Assembly (NCBI GenBank): GCA_973895155.1
Contig: OZ316891.1
Span: forward strand, 11,161,875-11,225,874
Direction of reading: 5' to 3'
Length of the DNA: 64,000 nucleotides
Source: Marsupella aquatica
Lineage: Eukaryota; Plantae; Marchantiophyta
The position numbers were made by a program, and so were the translations under genes. The notes under the pieces were generated by a model. That model saw only the letters and a list, made by a program, of their open reading frames with translations, was not told the origin of the DNA and ran no database searches. Below, piece by piece: positions 50,818 to 63,745 of the stretch; position 1 is the stretch's first letter, and each line of letters begins with the position of its first letter.

Positions 50818-51415
50818 TAATAAAGAACTACATTTTGACACTGAAGTGCTCCAAACTTGGAACTTACAACTTCGCCATTTATCACATTTGTTGGCAGTGC
50901 TGGCACCCGTCACAGTCATTTCATTTGGCATTTTAGCTGAGGAGAGGCATGAACAGGAATAGCTCTGTTGCAGAAGCTATAGTTAGGAAGTGGTCAACAT
51001 GTACAGTCCCCTATTGTAAACTTATTGTTGAGAAGGGGGTTATTGCATATCCCCATTCTATTGAGTAGCTCTGCAGAAAGTGTCATTTGTGCATAGTCCG
51101 TCTGACCGCTTCTGGTTGGAGCGGTCACTAAATTTTTTTATCTTCAGGACTTTACGAGCTGTGTCACAGTGACTCATTCAACCACATGTATGTGATGGAT
51201 GAGATTTTAAAGGGCTTCTATCAACATGGGACATTGCGAACTTTAACACAAAGAAGTATAGACGGGGATTTTCAGGTGGGCATAAAACTAGATACTCCCT
51301 ATACGCATGTCACCACGGCTATGGGCAATGGCTTGAGTGATCATTTCCATGTGCTTTCGAGACAAAAAAACCTGGATACAGAAAAGCTGGACTGAACACA
51401 TTGGACAAGGCCTGG

Positions 51416-51965
51416 CCTCATCTTCAGAACAATGTTCAGAATATGCCAATATAACCCAAACCCTCTCTAGTTATTCCAAAGCCACTTTAAAACACCACTG
51501 GCCAAGCCAATTTGAAACACCACTGGCCATATAAGCCTTATCTTCAGAACAAGGTTCAGAATATGCCAATATAACCCAAACCCTCTCTAGTTATTCCAAA
51601 GCCACTTTAAAACACCACTGGCCAAGCCACTTTGAAACACCACTGGCCATATAAGCCTCATCTTCAGAACAAGGTTCAGAATATGCCAATATAACCCAAA
51701 CCCTCTCTAGTTATTCCAAAGCCACTTTAAAACGCCACTGGCCATATAAGCCTCATCTTCAGAACAAGGTTCAGAATATGCCAATATAACCCAAACCCTC
51801 TCTAGTTATTCCAAAGTCACTTTAAAACACCACTGGCCAAGCCACTTTAAAACACCACTGGCCATATAAGCCTCATCTTCAGAACAAGGTTCAGAATATG
51901 CCAATATAACCCAAACCCTCTCTAGTTATTTCAAAGCCACTTTAAAACACCACTGGCCATATAAA
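51416..51965. repeat. Tandem repeat, 120/95-bp unit, 5 near-identical copies
   Basis: cctcatcttcagaacaaggttcagaatatgccaatataacccaaaccctctctagtta at 51416, 51536, 51656, 51751 and 51871. Confidence 0.95.
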
Positions 51966-52190
51966 AGGAGAAGTGTCCAAGACTTTTACCTTTTCCACAT
52001 TCTTCTCTTCTAGGATGAAACTTTGTTCCAAAAAATTTCAGGAAAAATGTATCAAAAATGGTGAAACCTGGTGGATTCAGGTTTTGTGATGGACAATAGC
52101 ACTTTAAACCACAGGTGCCCCTATGAATGGGAACCCTTCCCTGTCAGACTAATTTTCATTTCTGCTGCAGTGAATAGTTCACCTGACCGT

Positions 52191-52351
52191 AAAAGGTGGA
52201 GCTGAACAATTGTGCTCTCCACTCATAGTGCAAATTGAATGTGTGCTTTGTATGATGAGAGCTACTGCACCTCACTGCAAAAAGGTGGAGCCAGCAAATT
52301 GTGCTCTCCACTCATAGTGCAATTTAATGTGTACTTTGTGAATGAGAGCTA
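52191..52351. repeat. Direct duplication, ~89-bp period
   Basis: aaaaggtggagc...aattgtgctctccactcatagtgcaa...gagagcta occurs twice. Confidence 0.8.
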
Positions 52352-55300
52352 TGCGTATAGCTCAGCTCTTATATGTGCAGTTGTGGTTCTTATATGTGCA
52401 GCTATGGTTTAACTATGTGGTAGACTTTCGCTTAAGTTAACAAACCACATATACCATCCCACACAGAACAATCACATGTACCAAGCTTTTCAGTTTGTGG
52501 CTATGTAGTGCTTTAGTTTTTTTGGCTGTTCGTCTCTTGGGCCTTAGTTCTATTGCCAGTCCGTCTCTTGGGCTTGGTGGCTCTTGGGGTTTTTGGCGCT
52601 GCTTTTGGTTTTTGGTGCTTTGGTTTTTGGCGAAAGGGAAAACTAAAAGCGCCAAAAAACCACCTTTCCCTTGCGCTTTGGTTTTTGCTTTTGGAACCGT
52701 CTCCCTGTAAAGTGCCTTTGTCCTTTTGTAGTGAATTATATATCACATCATTCCGACACAAACCACCCTACACTCATGTTGTCTTACAAGGCCACCACCA
52801 GAAGGTTGGATGTACTACCATAGTGCCAATATGAACCAGATATTTATATTGGGCAGTTGAGTGAAAATCGCATAACCATGTCCTGCGCAATGGATGGCTG
52901 ATTAGAGCATATATTCACCCTTTGTTGGATGTTTAATGAGTGGGGGCTAGTTGGGACAGGTAATGACTTTGCACAAAAAGGATGGTATCCTTGAAATGAT
53001 GGGACCCAAGATTATAGACCATGAGAAAGAAAGAGGTTATATACAATGATGTGACCCAAGGTTAGATATTAAAGGATATTAGATTATAGACAAATGAATG
53101 CAGTCCAACTCTTTCTTTCTCACGGTCTATTTACCAAATGTCATTCTTGCAGCAAACCTCCCTGCCCATTTTAATATGGTGACATTTTTTCCGTGCCCAA
53201 CCCTTCACTTTTTTCACACCTTGTGCACTCCTTGATTTCCAGTTGCCAGGTGACTAGCTGACTCCTTGTAGCATCCGATTGCCGAACCATCTTACTTACT
53301 CTTGAACAACATTTCCACTCAACATCACTTACTATAGAAAATTTGAACAGGCAATGGGCTAACCACATTTCCTGAATATTTTACTAATAAAGCATGATTC
53401 AAAGCTACTCTTTGGGCCTAGTATCTAGAGTGAAGCCTATTGACCGTGACTCTAACTGAGGGCATTAGTGAGAGTGAGTGTGCACAAAAGACAAAGATGG
53501 GGGCAAAGATGAGCAAGAAATAACATGGAATCCGTTTTTCTGCAAGGATATGAATGTGGTATGTTTGCCGACCTCTGTATATTCCTACTTATTCGTAATT
53601 TTGTTTTTCAACCAATCCTCAGGTTTAGTTCCACCTGTGTAATGTATGGGCACCTTGGCATTTTTCTTTACTACTACGAGAGGCATTATCGGCATCATTC
53701 TGACAGGTGCTTATGTGTGTTTGTGGGAAACCCGAACTCCATTGAGACTTTAGACGTCGCCTGGCGATTTTGGCACGATACTATAGAGATGCTTTGTCTT
53801 GCTTCCCGCTGATTGCTGTTTCAGAACTTTGTATTTCGTTGTCTTCACAGATCAAGTTAAAATATATCCATGGAAATCTTGGACTTTTATGAGAATTACA
53901 GAACCATCCCAGAAGAGCGACTACATGCAGCAATGAGCAAGCTTCCTCCAAGAAGCTGAACGCACTTTGTGACAAACATGAGCAAGGTCTCTGGAAGACG
54001 CTGACAGTACTCGGTGACAATGTGCAAGCTCCTTTTCGAGGAAGCTTTATAGTTTATTAAGTAGTGCTATTGGTTCACGACATTACAACCTTCGGAAGAT
54101 ATCGGTCAGCTTCTTTGCTTGTCAAGACTATAACAGATGGTTTTAGGTTGTTGGTCAGACAGTTTGGCGATGTGAAAAGCAGTGGTGGATTCAAAGGAGG
54201 ATCGCGTTTGTCTCCTGAATTTTGCAAACGAAAGGTTGACATTGAGAGGTTATTTCATATCCTTTACTTCCCCTTAGTCTAAGACACACGCATGGAAAGA
54301 CATCCTCTTCAATCCTGTGTCCATGGGCATAGGCACTTGTGTACTGTATATCCATTGAGACCATCTGCATTTTTTGTACTGCACTGATCGATTCCTGTTG
54401 AAACCCCTTTACTACGTAGACTTAGCTTGGCAAATTTCTCAATGGCCTCCTCCAGTTATACGAAAAGCAAAATAATGCATATGGTACACTGCATAAAAAT
54501 GATCTAGCTTAAAGGTAAACTTGGAGATTGGCAGTTCTAAGCTATGGTAGGGAAAATGCCAAGAATATTTGGTCTAGCTAACAGCGACCGGCTGTTCGTC
54601 CTGCAAATTACAATCCAGTCGCTGGCGCTGTGTGATCACACCAAAAATACAAAGATGCCTACTATATTATCTGCTGGTATAATTAGTTGTCCGGCCTTTT
54701 TGCCTTTCGTTCTACCTCGACTTTTGCAGACACTACTTAGTGCGCACCATCCTGCCATGTCTTCTGCATCACTTGTGTTTGTTTTCTTTGATAAAAACGT
54801 GTGGCCAATACTTACGTATGCAGGGCACCGGTTTTTTTCTGTGCGAGAAGGAGAAGTTTCTCGGGAACAAATGATCTCTGAAGAAAATGATCAAAGCGCG
54901 ATCTGTAGCCACATCCGTAAAGAGTAATGTCGGAGGTTAGGAACATATCTGCAAACGAGGTTGGTGTGGTTGTCATGACTGTTTGCAACTTCAACTTCAG
55001 AAGCAAGCTGTCACTAAGGTTGTCAGTGCAAACTAGGGAGCACGACGCTCTCACAAGGCTGCATAGATACCTATATGAGTAAGCCAATCTTGTATGGGCT
55101 ATAATGTGATTCAGTGCCAGCAAACTTTCAACGGCACAGCAAACTTAGTACAACAACCCTTTCATCAATCCGTAGCAGCTTTGCACGCGGAATCAAGCTT
55201 CTTGGTCCGAGATGTGACAATTGTTGCAAAAGTATAATGGCGAAAACCAGTGTGTACAACCGCACATGTATCCATCAATGATAGGCGTGATGGAAGAATT

Positions 55301-55450
55301 TTTCCAGACTCCTTAGAGGTCTGGAACTTAATGAAGTCTTGTCAGTAGAGAAAAGTAGCCTTCTATTTGAAGAGTAGAAAGCTGAAGTTTAGGGTAACTT
55401 GAAGATCAGTATCTTGCGGTAAATTAAGAGGGGAAGCTATTGACTCCCCG

Positions 55451-58400
55451 CTACAGCTCCATTATAGTGGTGTTGGCATTAGCTCTTTCGAAACACATAC
55501 TGTGGATGGTCTCATCATGGGCGTAAACCTTCCACCATCCCATGCCTCTCAAGAATTTCCGGTGCCAATATAGCCTTTCTAGCTTCTCCACTCCACTTTC
55601 CCATGGTCTCTCCTTTACCTTCAATGAAGGCTTGGCCAGATTTGGCAAATCCTTGCTTCTGTTATTAATGACAACTTGCCCATCAGGATTTGCTTCTAAG
55701 AAGGCTCCACTTAGATAGCTCAGTAGCGTTGCCCTTGGTGATGTAAGTGTAGTATCGATCCTTTTGTCACTGCTGCCATTGCTAGTACATTCCTCCACAT
55801 CCTCTCTGGGATATAAATTCGGTATCAGGTAGCTCAAGTTACCTCCAAGACTCGTCTTATAACAATCCATACACGCTTGGATGTCATCTGGACTCTTTAT
55901 GTGGTTGAGCATTTGCATAAGTGCTTCGAAGGCTTCTATTGTGCCCAAAACTTGCTGGCCTTCGCCTGTGCGTGCCTTGGAGCGTTTGGGTTCCCACCGT
56001 CTTTCTGAAATTGCTGCCCCTGAGACGCCTACCTGCAATGTATCCTCCTCTTCTACAGTATGTTCCGGCTCGTCCTCTGTATTCTTTAGTTTTCTTAGGG
56101 CTCTCTCTATGATTTGCTTTAATCTCTTCCTCCTTGCTTCCTTCCTTTTAGGATCTGCTGCAAGACGATTTCGCACGGCATCCACTCGTGACTTGTCCAT
56201 CCCACTTGATACGGTTTCGGCATCAGGCCTTTTGTCGTTTGATTCTGTTTCACCATCAGGCCTTTTGTCATTTGACACTGTCTCAGTATCAGGCAATTCT
56301 TCATTTGATAGTGTTTCAGCATCAGACCGTTTGTCCCCATCTTGGACAAGTGACTGACCATCTGCATCAATCCCTCGGAGGTCTTCCGCACTGAGAGCAA
56401 AAACCTCTTCTAGAAGAGAGCCATTCAACATGTACCGGTCGAAGGCCTCATCCTCAGCCAAAATGTCTCCAGCTGCAAACTCCTTCATTTTCTGAAGTCT
56501 CCACATATTCGTAATGATTGCTTCCTGTGAAACAACAAGCAGCGAAAACGATGTGTCCGTGACAGCTTTTCGGAAAAATCGTAGCAAAGTCCGCAACAGT
56601 GATGAGTCAACATATTAGGCAAACTGATTGAGGCTTAGCTTCGTGCTCAGCACTGAAAGCTGGCGATCTGTATCAAAACTTTAATATTGGTCATCACTTA
56701 ATCAAACGATCACATGAGGACCGTGGATCATGACTATCCAGATCAACCGACACGATGGTAAGATTTGGATTGCACGGTCCCTCGTCACTGTTTACACTCA
56801 CATCTAGCAGTTTCCAGAGTATCGAGGATGCCGCAAGCAGAAACAAGTCATCTTCTGCTGAGTTGTAGTGCTTAATTATCTAGTTGATACGGCATTCCAA
56901 TTTACTTCGACTTGTTTCTTGGTGATGAAAATCCATTAAAAGGATCCTGAAAGTCTTTAAAAAATGTCTGGTCTGACTTACTAATCAGATTTGAAGCCCA
57001 CTTCAGCAAATTTTGACGAAACGTCAAATGAGTCCGTAGAATTACAATCAAAATCTAGTTCATTCCAGAAGTCATCATTTAGGACCAACACCTATCGACC
57101 ACACCTGACCAATTTGAATAAAGAGCATAATTGAAAGGAAACCTTGAAAAGAATCCAACACACCTTTTGAGCAGCGATTCGAAGACTCTTTATTCTTTGC
57201 AATTCTTGCTGCTGATCGATGACGACGTTACCACTGGCCCACGACCGCGCGCCAGGTGACGGATACTTTTTCGTTACCGCAGCAGCTGCTGCTGCAGTGG
57301 CTTCCAGAGTCATCGCAGGGTAGGCACCCATTCGAATGGGAGTCGGTATGTTGTATGGTGAGGGTACACTGTAACCAGGTCTCAAGTAGCCGCTGCCCAT
57401 TGGTACTTGCCTGCAATCATAGCCAGCAGTCATTTCAGTCGGATTAGCATCAACATCCGAGTCTACAATTTGTTTGACGAGAAATTGCAAACAGAAGACG
57501 AGACCGCTGTACTCATTAAGAAAGTTCTGCAATAGCCTTGCGGCCATTTAACGGCTGGCAAGGTAAGTTAACACGAATTGGATTGAATGCGCAGTGCAGT
57601 CGGAAAACGGGCATGCTTTCCAGATAGCGGACGACGCGTAGTCATTGATCCTGAAAACTACGTCCAAAAGCAAATTCGAAACAAGACAGCATCCGGCTTG
57701 TATCCAATGAATCAAGATGAGAAGAGTCGATCGAGATGGGAGGTGTACAGATTTTGCGGCAACCATGGCTGATCCGGGGTGCTTGATGGCGGTACATTGA
57801 ATGACGGGTGCACAATTGTTCCTTCTGGCGCCCTCTTATCCGCCTTCAAGACTGCAAAAGAGACATGTAGGTCAGCCCACTCGAAACTCGGTAGGCAGAG
57901 TCCGCAGAAAATCTATTAAAGTTCCAAATGTGCAGGACGGGTAGAATACGACTGGCATGCGAGGGCCTATCTGACAACCTGCTCTTTCGAGACAGGCAAC
58001 TGTGAAAACATAGGACGGGCGAACTAACAATTCTTGAAAAAAAAAGAAAATTCAATCCAAGCCTCACAGACGTGGTGAGGGCGTAAGACAATTACCGTGA
58101 ACAGCGCAGGGGTTCTTAGCTCTTGAACAGCAAGTCTTACACGCACGAAAAGGACATCTGCACGCGCAACAGCCAAGAGGTAAACATTTAGTGATCGTCG
58201 GTTGGCATCTTCTCACCCCTTTCTAAAACAGTAAAGATCTTCATCCCTTCGGTTGCGCGTACGCGCCACATTGGCGCATGACATACAGGAAGCTGTTACT
58301 CTACGTAAACATCACTATGAGCTCTTCGATTGCACTTACCAGCTTTTGATTGGCACCTACACTAGCTTCTTTAGCACACTCCGAGGTTGTCACAGACAGG

Positions 58401-59855
58401 AGAACAGAGTTCGTACTAATACATCACTTCCTCTAGATCGCCCTCAATTAACACACTTCGTCCCCATCTCATCAGTATGCTGGTGATTCCGAGAGAATTC
58501 ACTTGGAGTCCTTTCTTTTTCAGAAATAATTCTTTGCAACCTAAAAATTAAAGAACTAAAATTGAAGGAGATAGGAGGTCACTTCCTGCCCTGACACGAT
58601 AGGGTAGATCTTAAGAACCTTCATTGACTCTTTCTAGGACCGATCTGAAAAGGGTCTCCTAAAGCTCATAAAGACTAAAGGATGTACTGAATTCAACTAC
58701 GATCAAACTGACAGAACACGGATCATGGATACACATAAGAACTGGGGGAGGGAGAGAAAGCAGCAGCTGTTGATTCCAGCTACACTTTGTACCATATCCG
58801 CGACATACTGAACGTCTCTTAAGTCTAAGCTGCCTGGCACTTACTTGCATCATGAATAATACCAGTGTCCTAGTAAAGAAGATGGGCAAACCACTTCCCT
58901 GTCATTGAAAGGAAGGTGGACCGAAGAATCCAAATTGATTTCATACCGTCTCAAAAGAAGAACGATGAACAAAAGAAATAAAGAAGAACTAAGAAATCTC
59001 ACTGTCGTGGGAAAGGAGACTTTCGAAACCTTTCAAACCAAACTCGCTATCGCTTCGCAATGACGAAGGGAAAACCAATTCAAGTGAGTGTCCTCACAAT
59101 TCAAGCGGAAGTCTCACAAGCGGAAGTCTCACAAGACGATGGGCTAGACATTTCAAACAGTAAAACCTACCAATAAAATTCTAGGGCACATCGTACCTTA
59201 GCTGCTGACCAAGGACAATTAGTGAGACAACTGCACTCGAAAGGACGATCGCATAAACATTTCAGCTGGGACCAGCACTAAGGAAACCTTCATCTCGCTT
59301 TCAAAAATTCTCCCAGAATTATCCAATTCAAAGTAGCTTTCGCATCCTTCCTGTTTCTTTGAAGGGACTGCTCATTGAATCTCGTTTCCCTCAACGATCA
59401 GTAGATAATCTTCTCACTAGCGTAGTGGTTGCAAAATGACCAACCCGACGACATGCGTGAGCGATACAAGCAGGAGTAGGGACGTTTCGGAGGTACGAGC
59501 TGGCGCCGACCAAATGGCATCGATGCTTGCCAAGGGGCCCGAATACAATTTACATGTCTTTCCCGCCCGAATAAAGGCAGCAGAAAGAAGGTACTATGCT
59601 ACATTACCTCGCACGAGCAGTATTTCCGCAGACAGTACACTTCCGCTTCTTCAACCCCTTCAAATAGCGCTCCCGGAGAATCTGCTCCCTCGTCTTGGGA
59701 TCCTCGGGCAAACCAGCCATAGGCTGGTGCGACCGCGGGGTACTAGTAACCCCACCTCCATTGGGCGTCTCCCCGGAAGCAGTGGGGCCACCAGGCGTGC
59801 CCGGCGTACTAGGAGTCCCCGGAGTGCCAGGGGTCCCTGGAGATGCAGCCATCAT
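55451..59855 (-). CDS. Plant C-x2-C-x7-C-x4-C-x2-CC-x6-C-x2-H zinc-finger protein resembling Arabidopsis AT1G32730 (recalled as SWI/SNF-associated PSA1); exons 59855-59608, 58157-58096, 57851-57764 (alternative donor 57749), 57410-57164, 56524-55451
   Basis: The spliced product reads KCTVCGNTARARCPFRACKTCCSRAKNPCAVHVLK ... KEAIITNMWRLQKMKEF...EDEAFDRYM.N..LLEEVF, which matches my recollection of this family. All introns are GT-AG and in phase. Confidence 0.8.
56205..56338 (-). repeat. Coding 33-bp (11-aa) tandem repeat, 4 copies
   Basis: DKRSDAETLSN / EELPDTETVSN / DKRPDGETESN / DKRPDAETVSS. Confidence 0.85.
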
Positions 59856-60754
59856 TTCTCTTCTCGCCTAAAAACAGTCTCAACTCTCTTAATCAGTGCG
59901 CCACACGTCGGATAACACTCCACTCCAAGAAGAATTTTCTTCACCTCCTCGTCTTCTCGTCCTGAGCTTCTCATGAAGCCGCAGACAGATTGAGCGCCTG
60001 CTACCTCCGCTTCATAAGAGAAGACAAAAGAATCCGCGTCGTCCAAAACTTCGACGCTCACTTTTACGCGCGGCACATCAATGAAATCGTCGTAGCACAC
60101 TCGAGAAATTCGCAAGCAGAATCAACTCCAATCGTCCTCCGTGCCTCCACAATTTCTCGTCCCCAACCGAATTTTTTCTATCCTCCGCATCCCATTAGCG
60201 ATGTCACACAAATTCAACGACCCGGCGAGCATTCTCTGAACCCTAACGACCACGCGATCTCGCCCGCGGCAATCAGAGAAGTAAATCAATTTCCAGAGGC
60301 GACCAATCGGCGCACAATTCTCACTCACATTACTCGAGAATGGGAACGAACACATACGCGTGCAATGGCACCAAAATTCTTCGGAGCGCTAGCACTCCCC
60401 ATGCGGAGGGGCAAATGTCTCTGGTCGACTTCATTAATCTAACAAAAGCGGGCTCGCTGCGTTTCACGGTTTGGCTTTCGCGCCGGGAAGCCAGCGAGGA
60501 GGAGCAGAGCATGAAATCGGAACAACCTCGTGCGATTCTCGTCCCATCAACGATCGTTGCGAAGAAGGCGCAACAGCAGCAGCAGCCTGGCGAGGTGATC
60601 CGACGTATTCGTCGTTCTAGCATGAAGGTGGAATTTCCTCGTTACATGTCGAGACGAGATGTCTTCTAGTGTAGTTTTCCGTCCCGTCGTTTATTCGGTG
60701 AGTTGAGGGCCAAGCGCTTGCTTCTTCGTGTCGTGGCCCTTACCGTAGTAAACT

Positions 60755-61950
60755 GGTACCGGGTAAGTGCGCGAGCTAACCATGTAGGGGAACTATGGTC
60801 AGCTCCCCCGTAGTGTGCTTAGGGACTAGCAGGTTAGAGCAACGTATTGGGGACGGGTACGGGGTAAGTGCGCGAGCTAACCATGTAGGGGAACTATGGT
60901 CAGCTCTCCTGTAGTGTACCTTGGGGACTATCAGGTTAGAGCAACTTGTTGTAGACGGGTACCGGGTAAGAATGCGTGAGCTAACCATGTTGGGGAACTA
61001 TGGTCAGCTCTTCCATGGTGCATGTAGGGACTATCAGGTTAGAGCAACTTGTTGTGGACCTTACCATAGTGAACAGGTACCAGGTAAGTATGCTCAAGCA
61101 GACCATGTTGGCCGGGGAACTATGGTCAGCTCTCTCATGATGTACTTAGGGGCAATCAGGTTAGTGCAACGTGTGGTGGACCATACTGTTGTGAATGGGT
61201 ACCGGGTAAGTATGTGCAGCCAAGCTAACCATGCTGGCCGGGGAACTATGGTCAGCTCTCCCATGGTCTCAAGAGGTTAACTGAGTGTATATTTTAAGGT
61301 AACATGTGTGATCATAGTCTAATATATATACATACATCTATATTATAAAGAAACATTCCCAAGAATATTCTTTATTTCTTATATTAATTATTATTTCTAC
61401 TTTATAAAATGAATTTATTTAAGAATATTTTATAAATGTGAGCTTATAATACATTTTTCTGCCGTTGAAGCTTTTTAAAAATTTAACTACAGAGTTGTTG
61501 GATTGCACAGGGTTCCTACAATTTTTAATGGTTGCATGACCCCTTGAGCCCATGGTGTACTTAAGGACTATCAGGTTAGAGCAACTTGTGGTGGACCTTA
61601 CAATTGTGAATGGGTACGGACCGGGTAAATATACGCAAGCCAACCATGTTGACGGGGGGACTATGGTCAGCTCTCCCATGTTGTACTTAAGAACGATCAG
61701 GTTAGAGCAACTGGTGGTGGACCTTACAATTGTGAATGGGCACCGGGTAGTTATGCACAAGTTAACCATGTTGGCTGCAGAACTATGGTCAGCTCTTGCA
61801 TGGTGTACCTTAGCCAGGGACTATCAGGTTACAGCAATATGTGGTCAACCTTAACGTATTGGATGCCGGGTGAGTATGCGTGAGCTAACCATGTTGAGGA
61901 AGTATGGTCAGCTCTCCCATGGTGTACCTTAGGGACTATTGGGTAGAGCA
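60755..61950. repeat. Degenerate tandem array, ~100-130-bp unit, ~8 copies, split by an insertion
   Basis: Recurring gggtaagt...gctaaccatgt..gggaactatggtcagctct..catggtgtac..agggactatcaggttagagcaac. Confidence 0.9.
61268..61548. mobile_element. MITE-like element (281 bp) inserted in the tandem array
   Basis: 8-bp TSD CCCATGGT (61260-61267, 61549-61556). Imperfect TIR CTCAAGAGGTTA / TGACCCCTTGAG. AT-rich interior. Removing it restores the repeat unit gtcagctctcccatggtgtac. Confidence 0.85.
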
Positions 61951-62781
61951 ATAAACAAATAATTATTGAAAATCACCCAATATCTCAGATTGCTATCTTT
62001 CTAACACCTTGTAAGTACTTTGTCACAAAACTGAGTTGCTGGGAGTCTTAGCATTGCTATCTATCTAACACCTTTAAAGTGGACTTTTAACTAAGTTAGT
62101 ACTTTGTCACTAGAGTTGTTGGGAATTACAATATTGCTACAATTTTAGTAATACTACCAGAATTTTATATTGTGGATGCAATACAAAACAGTAAACAAGG
62201 CTAAGTAGGTGAAAAAGAAGTTCACCTGGGAGTTCACAAAGGTAATCATATGCAGAAACCATGGGAGCATTCTAGCTACTAAAAACAGGTGGCAGCATTA
62301 GAATGTAGTGGCAATGTACTTAAAAATTGATCTATCTCATTGTTTTTTCATGGTCTGTTTACTACATGTCAATCTGGCACTAAGCCGCCCTAATTGTTTG
62401 ATTATGGTTGCATTTTTTCTTAACCATGAGATTGATGAGCCTAAAGGTGCCCTTCTGCACCCTCATTTGCACCCAAACCCTCATTCTCTTGGCAGCTTAC
62501 ACACTCCTTCACACTTAATTTCAAGACTGACTACTCAACTTCCTGTAACTTTGGATTGCCTAAAGTATTGCTTTGATATTGCTTTAATATGCTCAATACC
62601 ACTTCTACTCAACATCACTTACTCTCAACATAAATGTCCAAAGCAGGGCATTGTGCTAGGTGTCACTGGTAAGTGAATGATGTTGAGTGGACCAACATGT
62701 TGTGAAGCACAAGATGTCTAGGTTGGATGCTATGGGGAGTTGGCAACTTGGCCTGACAATGGATCTCAAGGAGTGTGCCAG

Positions 62782-62971
62782 CTAGTACCCTAGCTCCCAC
62801 AATGATCATAATTTTGACTTGCCTTGCAAATGTTTTTGATGAGTATATACTAGCCCCCCAAACAGTTTGGTGTCGACTCTAGTACCCTAGCTCCCACATT
62901 CAATGATCATAATTTTGACTTGCCTTGCAAATGTTTTTGATGAGTATATAGCCCCCCAAACAGTTTGGTGA
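62782..62971. repeat. Tandem duplication, ~97-bp unit, 2 copies
   Basis: ctagtaccctagctcccaca...tgatcataattttgacttgccttgcaaatgtttttgatgagtatata...cccccaaacagtttggtg occurs twice. Confidence 0.9.
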
Positions 62972-63226
62972 CCTCAAACCACTGACAACTCTAGGTATTT
63001 AAGGCCCTCTTGGACTGCACTGGCAAAATTACTTGGAGAGCGCGCATATATGGAGCCAACTTAAGGACTGGGAACTGGAGTAACCAACAAACAGGTGAAC
63101 GATCATTTGGTTTATTTTGAATAGTATTAATGCATTTTGAAACAAAAAAACAGAGTTGCACCATAGATTGCATTGGCACTTAGATGGGTAAGATTTTTAG
63201 ATGTGATAAACTAGCAATGGACGCCT

Positions 63227-63745
63227 AAGATGTCGAGGAGAGGCAAAGATGTCCAAGCAAGGGCAAGATGTCAAGGGGAGGGAAATATGTCAAGGAGAGG
63301 CAAAAATGTTTAGATGAGGGCAAGATGTCAAGGCAAGGGCCAGATGTCGAGGAAAGGCAAAGATGTTAAGGGGAGGGCAAGGTGTCAAGGAAAGACAAAG
63401 ATGTCGAGGAGAAGATAAGATGTCGAGGAGATGCAAAGATGTTGAGGCGAGGGAAAGATGCCAAGGAAAGGCATAGATGTCCAGGCGAGGGCAAGATGTC
63501 GAGGGGAGGGAAAGATGTCAAGGAGAGGCAAAAATATTTAGATGAGGGCAAGATGTCAAGGCAAGGGCCAGATGTCGAGGAGAGGCAAAGATGTTGAGGC
63601 GAGGGCAAGATGTCAAGGAGAGACAAACTAAGATGTCGAGGAGAGGGTAAGATGTTGAGGGGATGCAAAGATGTTGAGGCGAGGGCAAGATGCCGAGGAG
63701 ATGCAAAGATGTTGAGGCAAGGGCAAGATGTCGAGGGGAGGGAAA
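63227..63745 (+). repeat. Purine-rich minisatellite, alternating 18/19-bp units (~28 copies)
   Basis: Repeated (g)caaagatgtcgaggagag / gggcaagatgtcaagg. Confidence 0.9.

Noticed and set aside
51416-51965. Regular repeats here and at 35042-35434, 11063-11305 and 60755-61950 as CRISPR arrays
   Set aside because: Units repeat in full with no unique spacers, there are no cas genes, and the context is eukaryotic.
58096-59855. SHI/STY (SRS) transcription factor call for the minus-strand zinc finger
   Set aside because: The finger differs from CQDCGNQAKKDC.H.RCRTCC, no IGGH domain is present, and the downstream EAFDRYM block fits the AT1G32730-like family.
38900-59855. Functional clustering of CDKE, WASH1 and the zinc-finger gene
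   Set aside because: No shared regulatory signal is visible, and adjacency of unrelated housekeeping genes is normal in plant genomes.
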